DNA of 64,000 bases. It comes from Bacillales bacterium UBA4691. Lineage in GTDB: Bacteria > Bacillota_I > Bacilli_A > RFN20 > CAG-826. Where the stretch lies: positions 5,791 through 69,790 of the forward strand of contig DHKP01000011.1 in assembly GCA_002404865.1 (NCBI GenBank). The letters run 5' to 3'. Positions 46,439 through 56,209 of this stretch are shown piece by piece. The notes beneath the pieces were generated by a model. It had not been told where the DNA came from, ran no database searches, and worked only from the letters and a program-made list of their open reading frames with translations. Positions within the stretch are counted from its first letter, which is position 1. Each line of letters opens with the position of its first letter. The translations under genes and the position numbers were made by a program.

Positions 46439-46446
46439 AAATAAAA

Positions 46447-46482
46447 AAGATGCTCTGATATACTTTTTGAGCATCTTTTTAA
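46447..46482. terminator. bidirectional terminator between queA and the glucokinase gene
   Basis: AAGATGCTC-13 nt-GAGCATCTT flanked by an A-run and a T-run. Confidence 0.75.
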
Positions 46483-46505
46483 GGACAAATGAGTTTTAAT
46501 GAAAA

Positions 46506-47348
46506 CTAGATGTTTTCTTTTTGAAAGCCAAGAACCGCAGCGCCCATTAAACCTGCCTCTTGCCCGTAAGAGCAGAGTTCAAGACGAGAGTGGGGGCAAG
46601 CGTTTCTTAAGTCATCGAAGAACAAATCTGCGCTTTTCATCACTCCTCCGGTAAGAGTGAATATTTCCGGTTCAAAATTGAATTGATTCATCCTGATCCA
46701 GCTGGCCAATAAATTGATCCAATCGTGATATATCGGCATCACGATAGGTTTTTTCTCTCTCACCATTTGGAAGAATTCGCGTGCGTTTTTGATTTCTAGT
46801 CCATTCATGGAAGCAAGCTTGATGATTCCGGTCCCGCTTGCCATATGCTCGAATTCATGGGTTTCGCCTTTGTAATCGAACATTGTATGGCCAACTTCGT
46901 AAGAGCTATTCACGATTTTCCCGTTTTGGGTAAGAGCTCCTCCTACACCAGTGGAAATGGTCACGAAATAGAGAGATTTTGCGTTTTTGTATTCGCCAAG
47001 ATTGGCTTCTGCTAAAGCGGCAACCTCTGCATCGTTAATAACGTAAGCAGGTAAGTGGTAGCGGCTAGACAAATAATCTGCTAAAGGAATGTTTTTGATG
47101 TGGATGTTTGGTAAAGCGGCAATAAACCCATCATAGCGAACTCTTCCAGGAACTCCCATCGCTAAAGCAATGACATCCGAAAAGTCTTTCACGCATTCAT
47201 CGATGGTTTTGGCGACATTACTTAGAAAAATATCCGTTTTTCCACGCACAGTCGGATTGATAACCTCGGAGATGATATTGTAATTTTCATCAATGAGAGC
47301 AACGCGGGTATTAGTGCCGCCGATATCTAAAGCAATTACCTTTTTCAT
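46506..47348 (-). CDS. ROK family glucokinase
   Basis: ALDIGGTNTRVAL and the ROK-type GVGGAL / GHTM motifs. Start overlaps the pyk stop. Confidence 0.75.
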   Translation of the reverse strand: MKKVIALDIGGTNTRVALIDENYNIISEVINPTVRGKTDIFLSNVAKTIDECVKDFSDVIALAMGVPGRVRYDGFIAALPNIHIKNIPLADYLSSRYHLPAYVINDAEVAALAEANLGEYKNAKSLYFVTISTGVGGALTQNGKIVNSSYEVGHTMFDYKGETHEFEHMASGTGIIKLASMNGLEIKNAREFFQMVREKKPIVMPIYHDWINLLASWIRMNQFNFEPEIFTLTGGVMKSADLFFDDLRNACPHSRLELCSYGQEAGLMGAAVLGFQKENI

Positions 47349-48805
47349 TAGTCTAAATCTTCCACTTTATTAACTTTTAAAATTCGCATGAAATTAGTTT
47401 GTCCAACTCCTGTTGGCGTTCCTCCTGCTAAAAGAATCATGTCGCCTTGTTTTAAACCTAAATCGCGCGCGACTTTTAGTGCTTTTGCTTCCATCTCTTC
47501 GATGAAATCAGGCATTTGTGTCTTAATCAAAACGCTATAAACGCCCCAATACCAAGCCGATTCTAATGCTGCTTTTCTACTGCTTGTCACAGAAATAATC
47601 GGGCAGCAAGGACGGGCTTTAGAAAGACGCTTAGAAGAATTTCCTGTTTGGGAGAAATTGATGATAAGTTTGGCTTTGATAAGCAAAGCGGTGTTAGCGA
47701 TGGCATTGGCAATCGCGTCATTATTTGTCGCTTCGCTTGTTTCAAAAGCCTCACGGGCGAGACTTTCATAATCTAGTTCTTTTTCCATCGCCTCGCTAAT
47801 TGCGGATTGCATCGCAACCGATTCGACAGGATAAGCTCCGCTAGCCGTCTCTCCGGAAAGCATGACGCAGTCGCTTCCTTCATCAATTGCCGTAGCGACG
47901 TCACTAACCTCAGCCCGTGTTGGGCGTGGGTGAGTGGTCATACTATCTAACATTTGAGTGGCGGTAATTACGGGTTTGCCGTATCTTCGGCATAGTTTGA
48001 TGATCTTCCTTTGAACAAGAGGTACAACTTGCGGAGGGATTTCGTCACCTAAATCACCGCGAGCAACCATGATGCCGTCTGCAGTTTTGATGATGTCTTC
48101 AATTTTTTCAACACCTTCTGGGTTCTCTATTTTTGCGATGACGGGAATATTTGGATTCCCATATTTTTTAATCGTTTCTTTGATATCGATGATGTCTTGA
48201 GGACGACGCGTAAAAGAAGCAAAAATGACATCCACGTTTTGTTCGCAGCCGAATTTTAAATCCGCTTCATCTTGTTTGCTGATGAAAGGCATCGAAAGCC
48301 TCGACATTGGGCAATTCATGCCTTTTTGGTCTTTGATGTAATGGGTGTTCAATGCTTTTACGACAATCTCATGATTCTTCTCATCTTTATCAATGACTTG
48401 CATCTCAAGATTTCCATCGTCGATTAAAATGACATCATTGATTTTTACATCGTCATATAATCCTGGGTGCGAACATGAAAACTTTTCTTTATTTCCAAGC
48501 ATTGGGGTCATGGAAATACGCATAATTTGACCTTTTTTGACATCGACTTTTCCGTTTTCCATGTACCCTGTTCTTAATTCAGGGCCCTTCGTATCCAAAG
48601 CAACAGCTAAATAGATTCCGTATTTTTTCTCAAAGTCTCTTGCGATATTGATTTTTTCAAGCTGCTCCTCGTGGGTGCCATGGCTGAAATTAACGCGCAT
48701 CACGTTCATTCCTGCCTTATAGAGACGATAAATCATATCCGGCGTATCGCTTGTCGGACCGATGGTGCAAACGATTTTTGTCTTTTTGTTTGTAACTAAA
48801 AACAT
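47348..48805 (-). CDS. pyk: pyruvate kinase (no PEP-utilizer extension)
   Basis: KTKIVCTIGP, MNVMRVNFSHG, IAKIENPEG and MVARGDLG motifs. Confidence 0.95.
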   Translation of the reverse strand: MFLVTNKKTKIVCTIGPTSDTPDMIYRLYKAGMNVMRVNFSHGTHEEQLEKINIARDFEKKYGIYLAVALDTKGPELRTGYMENGKVDVKKGQIMRISMTPMLGNKEKFSCSHPGLYDDVKINDVILIDDGNLEMQVIDKDEKNHEIVVKALNTHYIKDQKGMNCPMSRLSMPFISKQDEADLKFGCEQNVDVIFASFTRRPQDIIDIKETIKKYGNPNIPVIAKIENPEGVEKIEDIIKTADGIMVARGDLGDEIPPQVVPLVQRKIIKLCRRYGKPVITATQMLDSMTTHPRPTRAEVSDVATAIDEGSDCVMLSGETASGAYPVESVAMQSAISEAMEKELDYESLAREAFETSEATNNDAIANAIANTALLIKAKLIINFSQTGNSSKRLSKARPCCPIISVTSSRKAALESAWYWGVYSVLIKTQMPDFIEEMEAKALKVARDLGLKQGDMILLAGGTPTGVGQTNFMRILKVNKVEDLD

Positions 48806-48814
48806 AGCGAAATC

Positions 48815-49810
<996 letters not shown>

Positions 49811-50018
49811 TTATGAACCACTTTTTCTCTATGAGAAAGCAATATCTAGCAAAAACCTGTTTTTTACCGATTTCACTAAATAAGGATTACTGCTTGGAAA
49901 AGAAACTTAGTTTGTTTCTTCTAGAAAAGCAGTGGCTTACTTTGTCATTTAACGCTTCGCAAAACGAAATGACAATGAGGAAAACACTACAAGAAAAAGG
50001 AGAAAAAATGGTATAGTT

Positions 50019-51293
50019 ATGCAACGTATGGTTAGTGATTTATCGATTGGTGATTTATTCGAGACAAGAAGATTATCTTCCCTTAGTGATTTTGACGCAA
50101 AAGTCGTATTGGATTTATACATGCCCTTAGTCGGCGCGAAGGCTATTTCTTTTTATTTCTATCTTTATCAAAATGAGCCAGAAACGATTACCAACCATGA
50201 AAAAATGCTACGTAATACGAGTTTCACTCTCGGTGAAGTAGTGGCAATGCTTAGTGCGCTAGAAGCAGTAGCGCTAATTAAAACGTTTTTAGGGGAAAGC
50301 GAGAAATTTCGTCTTTTTGATTATTGCTTATACGCTCCTTTATCCCCCCGCGCTTTTTTCGGCGATCCTTTATTCGCTGGGACGCTAGAAAGCTACATTG
50401 GCAAAGACGATTGCAAGAAACTCGCGAAGAAATATTCTTTCTCGAATCCGCCCGAAAATTTCAAAAACGTTTCTATGGATTTTTTGACTTATTTTTCACC
50501 TGATGTCAGTGACTCAAAATACGCTCAAAGCGTTTTGAATAGCGGTGGGAAAAAAGCGGGGAAAGCCTCTATTTCATTTGACTTTACAGGTTTTTTAAAC
50601 GCCTTGAAAGAGAATGATTCCCGCTACGAACCAACTACGTTTTCTCGTGAAGAGATTAGTTATATCGAACGGGTCTCTGCTCTTTATGGTTATAGCGCTG
50701 AAACATTGGCGAGTTTTGCGAATAGCGCATTTCTTCCTGCTAAGCCTATTGGCAAACGCTTAGATAAAAAATCCTTTCTTTCGTTGTGCCAAGAAAATGC
50801 CCGTTTTGATTACTTAAAGATGGAAAACAAAAATCGGCGGAAAAATCCGATTCACGGCGATACCTCCATTGCAAGGATGATTCGGAAAATGCAAAATACA
50901 ACCCCGATTGAATTCCTATCGTTTTTACAAAAAGGGAACATGCCTGCCCCAAGCGATATAACTCTCGTTCAAGAATTGACACTAGATATAGGGCTCAATA
51001 ATGAAGTGACTAACGCTCTTCTCTTTTATGTCCTTTCCACGCAAAACAACACATTGCCAAGGGCCTATACCGAAAAAGTAGGAGCCTCTTTAGTCCGTGA
51101 GGGATTGGAAACGGCGTTGGATACTATGAACTATTTCACGAAAACTAATAAAGCGAAAACTCGTAGGCCGATTCAAAATCAGCCTTGTAATATCGAAAAA
51201 AAACCAATAACAAATGATACCAATATTTCGATATCCTCTTCGACAAAAGAGGAATCGTTCGATGATCTTTTTGCAGAGATTGAGAAGAAATAA
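50019..51293 (+). CDS. dnaB: replication initiation / helicase-loading protein of the Bacillus DnaB (DnaB_2/DnaD-like) type
   Basis: Repeated DnaD/DnaB_2-like segments (EISYIERVSALYGYS..., VTNALLFYVL...LPRAYTEKVGASLVREGLET). Sits directly upstream of dnaI as in Bacillus. The start is uncertain (see findings). Confidence 0.65.
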   Translation: MQRMVSDLSIGDLFETRRLSSLSDFDAKVVLDLYMPLVGAKAISFYFYLYQNEPETITNHEKMLRNTSFTLGEVVAMLSALEAVALIKTFLGESEKFRLFDYCLYAPLSPRAFFGDPLFAGTLESYIGKDDCKKLAKKYSFSNPPENFKNVSMDFLTYFSPDVSDSKYAQSVLNSGGKKAGKASISFDFTGFLNALKENDSRYEPTTFSREEISYIERVSALYGYSAETLASFANSAFLPAKPIGKRLDKKSFLSLCQENARFDYLKMENKNRRKNPIHGDTSIARMIRKMQNTTPIEFLSFLQKGNMPAPSDITLVQELTLDIGLNNEVTNALLFYVLSTQNNTLPRAYTEKVGASLVREGLETALDTMNYFTKTNKAKTRRPIQNQPCNIEKKPITNDTNISISSSTKEESFDDLFAEIEKK

Positions 51294-51296
51294 GTT

Positions 51297-52217
51297 ATGA
51301 AAACGAGCAAAGAAGAAAGTGAAAAAATAAGACCAAATGGGAACCCTTCTATTATGGGTGCCGTCGATAATTTAATGTGTGATCCTCTTGTTAAGAAAAA
51401 GATGGGTGCGCTTGGTGTTGACGCTTCTTTTTTAGAACGGAATTTACCGTTGTTTTTAGCTTATCAAGAAGCAATCCACGCTTGCGAAAAATGTCGTGGG
51501 TTGGAGGAATGTACCTCCATTCCGCCCCATCATACGATGGATTTGTTTCTCGACGATAGTGGTGTTTTGAATCGAACCTTCGGGTATTGCCATTTCTTAT
51601 TGGAGAAAGAAGCGATCCGCAATGGCTATTTGTATCGAGATTTCGATGATAGCTTTTTATCAAATGACTTGAATGCTTATAAAGGCGATACGAAGCGAAT
51701 CCGCGAATTTGTTAAATTTTGCACGAGCGCCATCGCTAATCGCAATGTTCATCCTTGGGTTTATGTTTATGGGGATGTTGGGGTTGGGAAAAGCTCAATT
51801 TTGATTGCCGTTTGCAATCGCCTAGTGAAAGGCGGAAGGAAGATTGCCTTTCTTGATTGCAATAAGCGTTTTGACGAATTTAAGTCTCTATCCATTAAAA
51901 ACAAACAGCTTTTCGAGCAGACAATGAATCAAATTGCTTCTTACGATATCCTTGTGCTGGATGATTTCGGGAACGAATTCAAAAGCGATTATACCCGCGA
52001 TCAAATCTTGATGCCTTTATTGAATTATCGCGCCAAGAAAAACCTTACTACCTATTTTTCAAGCAACTATACCCTCGACGAGATTAAAGCTCTTTATAGC
52101 ACTTCAAGAGCGGGAAGCATCATCGCATCTAAAATGGTCGGTTTGATCCAATCTAAAATCGAGCGTCCCTATGAACTTGAAAAAGGATTTGAGTCTTTTT
52201 TAGGGAATTACAAGTAG
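51297..52217 (+). CDS. dnaI: primosomal helicase loader DnaI
   Basis: N-terminal Zn-like CEKCRGLEEC, AAA+ Walker A YGDVGVGKSS and Walker B LVLDDFG. Confidence 0.85.
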   Translation: MKTSKEESEKIRPNGNPSIMGAVDNLMCDPLVKKKMGALGVDASFLERNLPLFLAYQEAIHACEKCRGLEECTSIPPHHTMDLFLDDSGVLNRTFGYCHFLLEKEAIRNGYLYRDFDDSFLSNDLNAYKGDTKRIREFVKFCTSAIANRNVHPWVYVYGDVGVGKSSILIAVCNRLVKGGRKIAFLDCNKRFDEFKSLSIKNKQLFEQTMNQIASYDILVLDDFGNEFKSDYTRDQILMPLLNYRAKKNLTTYFSSNYTLDEIKALYSTSRAGSIIASKMVGLIQSKIERPYELEKGFESFLGNYK

Positions 52218-53593
52218 GGAATGCTAGCCAATATCTTCTGCAAAGAAGCAACCGAACCGTTTCCATCTAATAGGATGGAGGCGGCTTTTTTTGCTTCTTT
52301 TCGCGGGAAGGATTCATTCATTTTTAAGGAAGAAGCAACGTCTTTCCCACGTTTTGACAAACGCTCCGCCTGCGTTTCTCTATTTGCTTCAATATAAATA
52401 ATTAAATCGCATTCTTTTTCTAAAGGGGAACCGATTAATAAGGGGACATCTAAAAGGATTCTTTTGGCGGTGCTACGACGGATTTCATGCTCGATTTTTT
52501 CGAAAACTTTCGGCCAAACTAATTTTTCAAGCTGTGTTTTCTTGCTTCCGTCTTTTGCGATTTCTTTTCGGCAATAATCGCGATTAAGCCCAAAACTTGT
52601 AACGCTCTCTTGGCCAAAAATCTTTTTAACGCCTATTAAGATGGATTTTTCTTTGTATAAAGAGGCGACGATCTTATCGGCGTCAATAATTTCATACCCT
52701 TTCTTCTCTAAATACTTTGAAACTTCGCTTTTTCCACTTGCGATGGGGCCGGTTACGCCGATGATCAAGGGGCGGTCTCCTTTTTGGCAAACGGGGCAAT
52801 AGGTGGTTCCTCTCCCATTAACGACGATGCGCTTTAAAGGGAAGGTACACCGAGGACAAGGCGATTTGCTTTTACCATAAACGAGAAGCTCGTTTTGCAT
52901 TAGTCCGCTAACGCCTTCTTTTGGATGGTAGCTTTTAATTGTACTGCCCCCTTCTTTTATGGCTAAAGTTAAAATTCGCCTAGCTTCTTTCAAAATGGAA
53001 CATACTTCTTCTTTCGATAAAGTCTTTGCTTTTTTTAGAGGGTTTATCCTTGCGGCAAACAATGTTTCGTCAGCATATATATTTCCGATTCCGGAAATAA
53101 TGTGCTGATCCATTATGGCTTCTTTAATTGGGCGATTGGTTTTCCTTAGCGCGCTTTCTAGTCCTTCTAAAGAAATCGAAAATGGGTCTAACGCCAATAA
53201 GGATAGCGGAGGAATGGTTAACAAATCTTTTTCGTAGCGGAATTCAATTGTTCCGAATGTCCTTACGTCGTTATAGCGGAGGGTTTTTCCATCAAGAAAT
53301 TCATAACGCATGATATCGTGGGGAAAACGGCTTTCTTCAATATTTCCTTCAAAATATTTTCCTTCCATTCGTAAATGAGAAATGATTGCTTTTTTATGCG
53401 TGAGATGAAAAATAAGGTATTTCCCAAGGCGAGAAACATGGGTAAACGTTTCTCCGACTAATGAAGAGATGAAATAATCCGCATCATTTAGGATGTTTTT
53501 CTTGCGATAGATTTTTATCGCGGAAATCGTTTCTCCTTTTACGATGGGTTCCAAAATTCGCTTTACTGTTTCTACTTCTGGGAGCTCTGGCAT
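52208..53593 (-). CDS. mutM-coaE: fusion protein: formamidopyrimidine-DNA glycosylase (Fpg/MutM) + dephospho-CoA kinase (CoaE)
   Basis: N-terminal MPELPEVETV, H2TH, and Zn finger CPRC...YCPVCQ. A 5-aa linker (KGDRP) then leads into LIIGVTGPIASGKS (CoaE P-loop) and IIDADK. One uninterrupted 461-aa frame. Confidence 0.85.
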   Translation of the reverse strand: MPELPEVETVKRILEPIVKGETISAIKIYRKKNILNDADYFISSLVGETFTHVSRLGKYLIFHLTHKKAIISHLRMEGKYFEGNIEESRFPHDIMRYEFLDGKTLRYNDVRTFGTIEFRYEKDLLTIPPLSLLALDPFSISLEGLESALRKTNRPIKEAIMDQHIISGIGNIYADETLFAARINPLKKAKTLSKEEVCSILKEARRILTLAIKEGGSTIKSYHPKEGVSGLMQNELLVYGKSKSPCPRCTFPLKRIVVNGRGTTYCPVCQKGDRPLIIGVTGPIASGKSEVSKYLEKKGYEIIDADKIVASLYKEKSILIGVKKIFGQESVTSFGLNRDYCRKEIAKDGSKKTQLEKLVWPKVFEKIEHEIRRSTAKRILLDVPLLIGSPLEKECDLIIYIEANRETQAERLSKRGKDVASSLKMNESFPRKEAKKAASILLDGNGSVASLQKILASIPYL

Positions 53594-56206
53594 TTATTTC
53601 GCCTCATACCAATTTTTGCCGATACCAACTTCCGCGGTCAACTTTACGGGAAGTTTTACTGCGTTTTCCATGATATCTTTGATTCCTTTTTTGACCCGCT
53701 CTAATTCATTGGAAGGCACTTTAAAGATAAGTTCGTCATGAATTTGAAGCACCATCTTGGTAGATAGATGGTTTTCGCTTAAATAACGGTCTATTTTCAC
53801 CATCGCGATTTTGATTAAGTCCGCAGCGCTTCCTTGAACGGGTGCGTTTAGTGCGGCACGTCGTGCGGCTTCTCGCTTAATATAATTCTGATCATTAATA
53901 TCTCTTAAGTAGCGGCGTCTGCCAAACATCGTGGTTACGTAGCCTTGCGTAGACGCATCGCGAGTAATCTTATCGAGGAAAGTTTTTACTTCTGGATAAG
54001 AGGAATAAAAGGATTCGATGATGCGTCTAGCCTCTTTTGGGGAATCCCCGATTTGCTGCGACAGCCCAAAGTCGCTAGTTCCATAAATAATTGCGAAGTT
54101 GACGGCTTTCGCTCGTCTTCTTTCATAGGGGGTAACATCTTCGTGCCCAAAAATGGTGCGAGCAGTTTCTGTGTGAACATCGTGCCCGGCGTTAAATACA
54201 TCGATATATGATTTGCATCCGCTTAATGCAGCTAGAAGGCGAAGCTCTATTTGCCCATAGTCAAGCGACATAAGGTAAACGGAAGGATCATCGTAATAGA
54301 ACGCGTTACGAATTTGTTTCCCCTCTTCGTCGCGCGAGGAAATGTTTTGCAAATTCGGAGAGGAAGAAGAAAGGCGCCCAGTAGTGGTTTGCGCTTGATT
54401 AAAATAACTATGGATTTTGCCGTCTTTTTTGATATGCGGAGTTAGTCCGTCGATATAAGTCCCGAGCAATTTAGCGTATTTTCGGTATTCCAAAATCCAA
54501 TGAATGATAGGGGATTCATCATAGATATTCATCAAATCATCGATGGAAGTGCCAGCGTTTTTAGAATGTGGCAAATTCATGACTTCATAGAGAATATGAG
54601 CGATTTGCTTTGGGGAGTTTATGTTGAATTTATCCCCGGCGATTTTATAGATTTCATCTTCGGCATTTCTCTTTTTGAAGGCGAAGGTTTTACCATATTC
54701 CTCTAACTTATCCTGATGAAGCGGAAACCCTTCTATTTCCATTTTCGCAAGCACCTTCATTAAAGGCATTTCTATATCGCGATACAAAGCGTAGGCGTTC
54801 ACGCTTTTGAGGGATTTTTCGATTTTTGGAAGTAAGGAAAGTGCGAAATAAGACATTTTTCCTGTTTTTTCTACATTCTTTGCATCGGCTACGAGCAAAG
54901 ACATAGCTTCTTCTTTTTTCTCACCGATATCGACGCCAAAAGCTCCATAGATTAAAGCTGGGCGAGACGATAAACTGCTATCCAGCAAATAACCGGCAAG
55001 CAATAAATCTTCTTCGATGCCTTCGATTTCGATCCCTAAATTATTCAAGGCATAGATTGTCGCTTTCCCATCATAGACGCTCTTTTTGATTTCTTTGTTA
55101 GAAAGATAGTCTTTTAACGATTGATCGCTTTTAAGGTCATTCACACTTTCGTAATAAGTTTTTTCGCCCGTTGAAATCGCGATACCAAGAGGTTCTTCAT
55201 CGTGATAAGAAAAGAAATCCACATCGAGAGCTAAGCCAATTTCCTTTGGAAGCTTTATGTCTTTAAAACTATGGATTTCCTCGATTATAGGGGAGAAAGA
55301 ATTGACGCTTTCTCTTTTTAGAGAAGAAGGCAGACGCGCAAGTAATTGCTTTAATTCATACTTCTGCGAAAAAGAATTCACTAACGAAAAATCATATCCA
55401 GCATATGTTAAATCATCGATAGAAAAAGGAAGAGAAACGTCAGTTTTAATTCGTGCAAGGCGATAACTTGCTTCACCCAATTTTTCCCCTTCGATGATTT
55501 TTTCACAGATTTTACCTTTGATTTGATCGGCTTTTGCAGCGCTTATTACAGCGGGGAAAGTGCCATATTCTTGGATTAATTTCGTCGCGGTTTTTTCTCC
55601 AATCCCAGGAATGCCAGGGTAATTGTCGCTTGTGTCGCCTCTTAAGCCTTTGAAATCGATAATCTGCGATGGGGTCAATCCCATTTTTTCTTTCAAATAT
55701 GCTTCATCGTATTCTTCCATTTTCGTCAAGCCGACTTTGAGCAACGAAACTCTGATATTTTTATCGATAAGCTGCAAATAATCGTGGTCACTTGTGTAGA
55801 TAATGACCTCATATCCGCGTTTGCTCGCTTCTTTAGCGACCGTCCCGCAGATATCGTCGGCTTCTATGCCATGTTCTTCAAAATAAACAATGCCTAGCGC
55901 TTTGCATAATTCGCGGGAAATTGGGAATTGCGGTTTTAGATTTTCTGGGCAGGGAGCACGATTCGCTTTGTAATCTTTGAATTCCTCTTTCCGGAAAGTC
56001 TCCTTATCGCTATCGAAGCCGACGAATATTCCCTCATTTCCTTTAAAGGTCGCAAGGATTTTTGAAAGCATGTTCCCAAAAGCGAAGATTGCGTTGGTGG
56101 GGATTCCCTTTTTTGTGCGCATGATCGAGGCATTGTCCCCGTAACTAGTCGCATAATATCCGCGGAACAATAAACTATTTCCATCGATTACTACGAGTTT
56201 GCTCAT
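53594..56206 (-). CDS. polA: DNA polymerase I (5'-3' exo, 3'-5' exo-like and polymerase domains)
   Basis: 870 aa. N-terminal 5' nuclease (LVVIDGNSLLFR), polymerase motifs DYGQIELRLLA, RRRAKAVNFAIIYG and QIHDEL. Confidence 0.95.
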   Translation of the reverse strand: MSKLVVIDGNSLLFRGYYATSYGDNASIMRTKKGIPTNAIFAFGNMLSKILATFKGNEGIFVGFDSDKETFRKEEFKDYKANRAPCPENLKPQFPISRELCKALGIVYFEEHGIEADDICGTVAKEASKRGYEVIIYTSDHDYLQLIDKNIRVSLLKVGLTKMEEYDEAYLKEKMGLTPSQIIDFKGLRGDTSDNYPGIPGIGEKTATKLIQEYGTFPAVISAAKADQIKGKICEKIIEGEKLGEASYRLARIKTDVSLPFSIDDLTYAGYDFSLVNSFSQKYELKQLLARLPSSLKRESVNSFSPIIEEIHSFKDIKLPKEIGLALDVDFFSYHDEEPLGIAISTGEKTYYESVNDLKSDQSLKDYLSNKEIKKSVYDGKATIYALNNLGIEIEGIEEDLLLAGYLLDSSLSSRPALIYGAFGVDIGEKKEEAMSLLVADAKNVEKTGKMSYFALSLLPKIEKSLKSVNAYALYRDIEMPLMKVLAKMEIEGFPLHQDKLEEYGKTFAFKKRNAEDEIYKIAGDKFNINSPKQIAHILYEVMNLPHSKNAGTSIDDLMNIYDESPIIHWILEYRKYAKLLGTYIDGLTPHIKKDGKIHSYFNQAQTTTGRLSSSSPNLQNISSRDEEGKQIRNAFYYDDPSVYLMSLDYGQIELRLLAALSGCKSYIDVFNAGHDVHTETARTIFGHEDVTPYERRRAKAVNFAIIYGTSDFGLSQQIGDSPKEARRIIESFYSSYPEVKTFLDKITRDASTQGYVTTMFGRRRYLRDINDQNYIKREAARRAALNAPVQGSAADLIKIAMVKIDRYLSENHLSTKMVLQIHDELIFKVPSNELERVKKGIKDIMENAVKLPVKLTAEVGIGKNWYEAK

Positions 56207-56209
56207 ATT

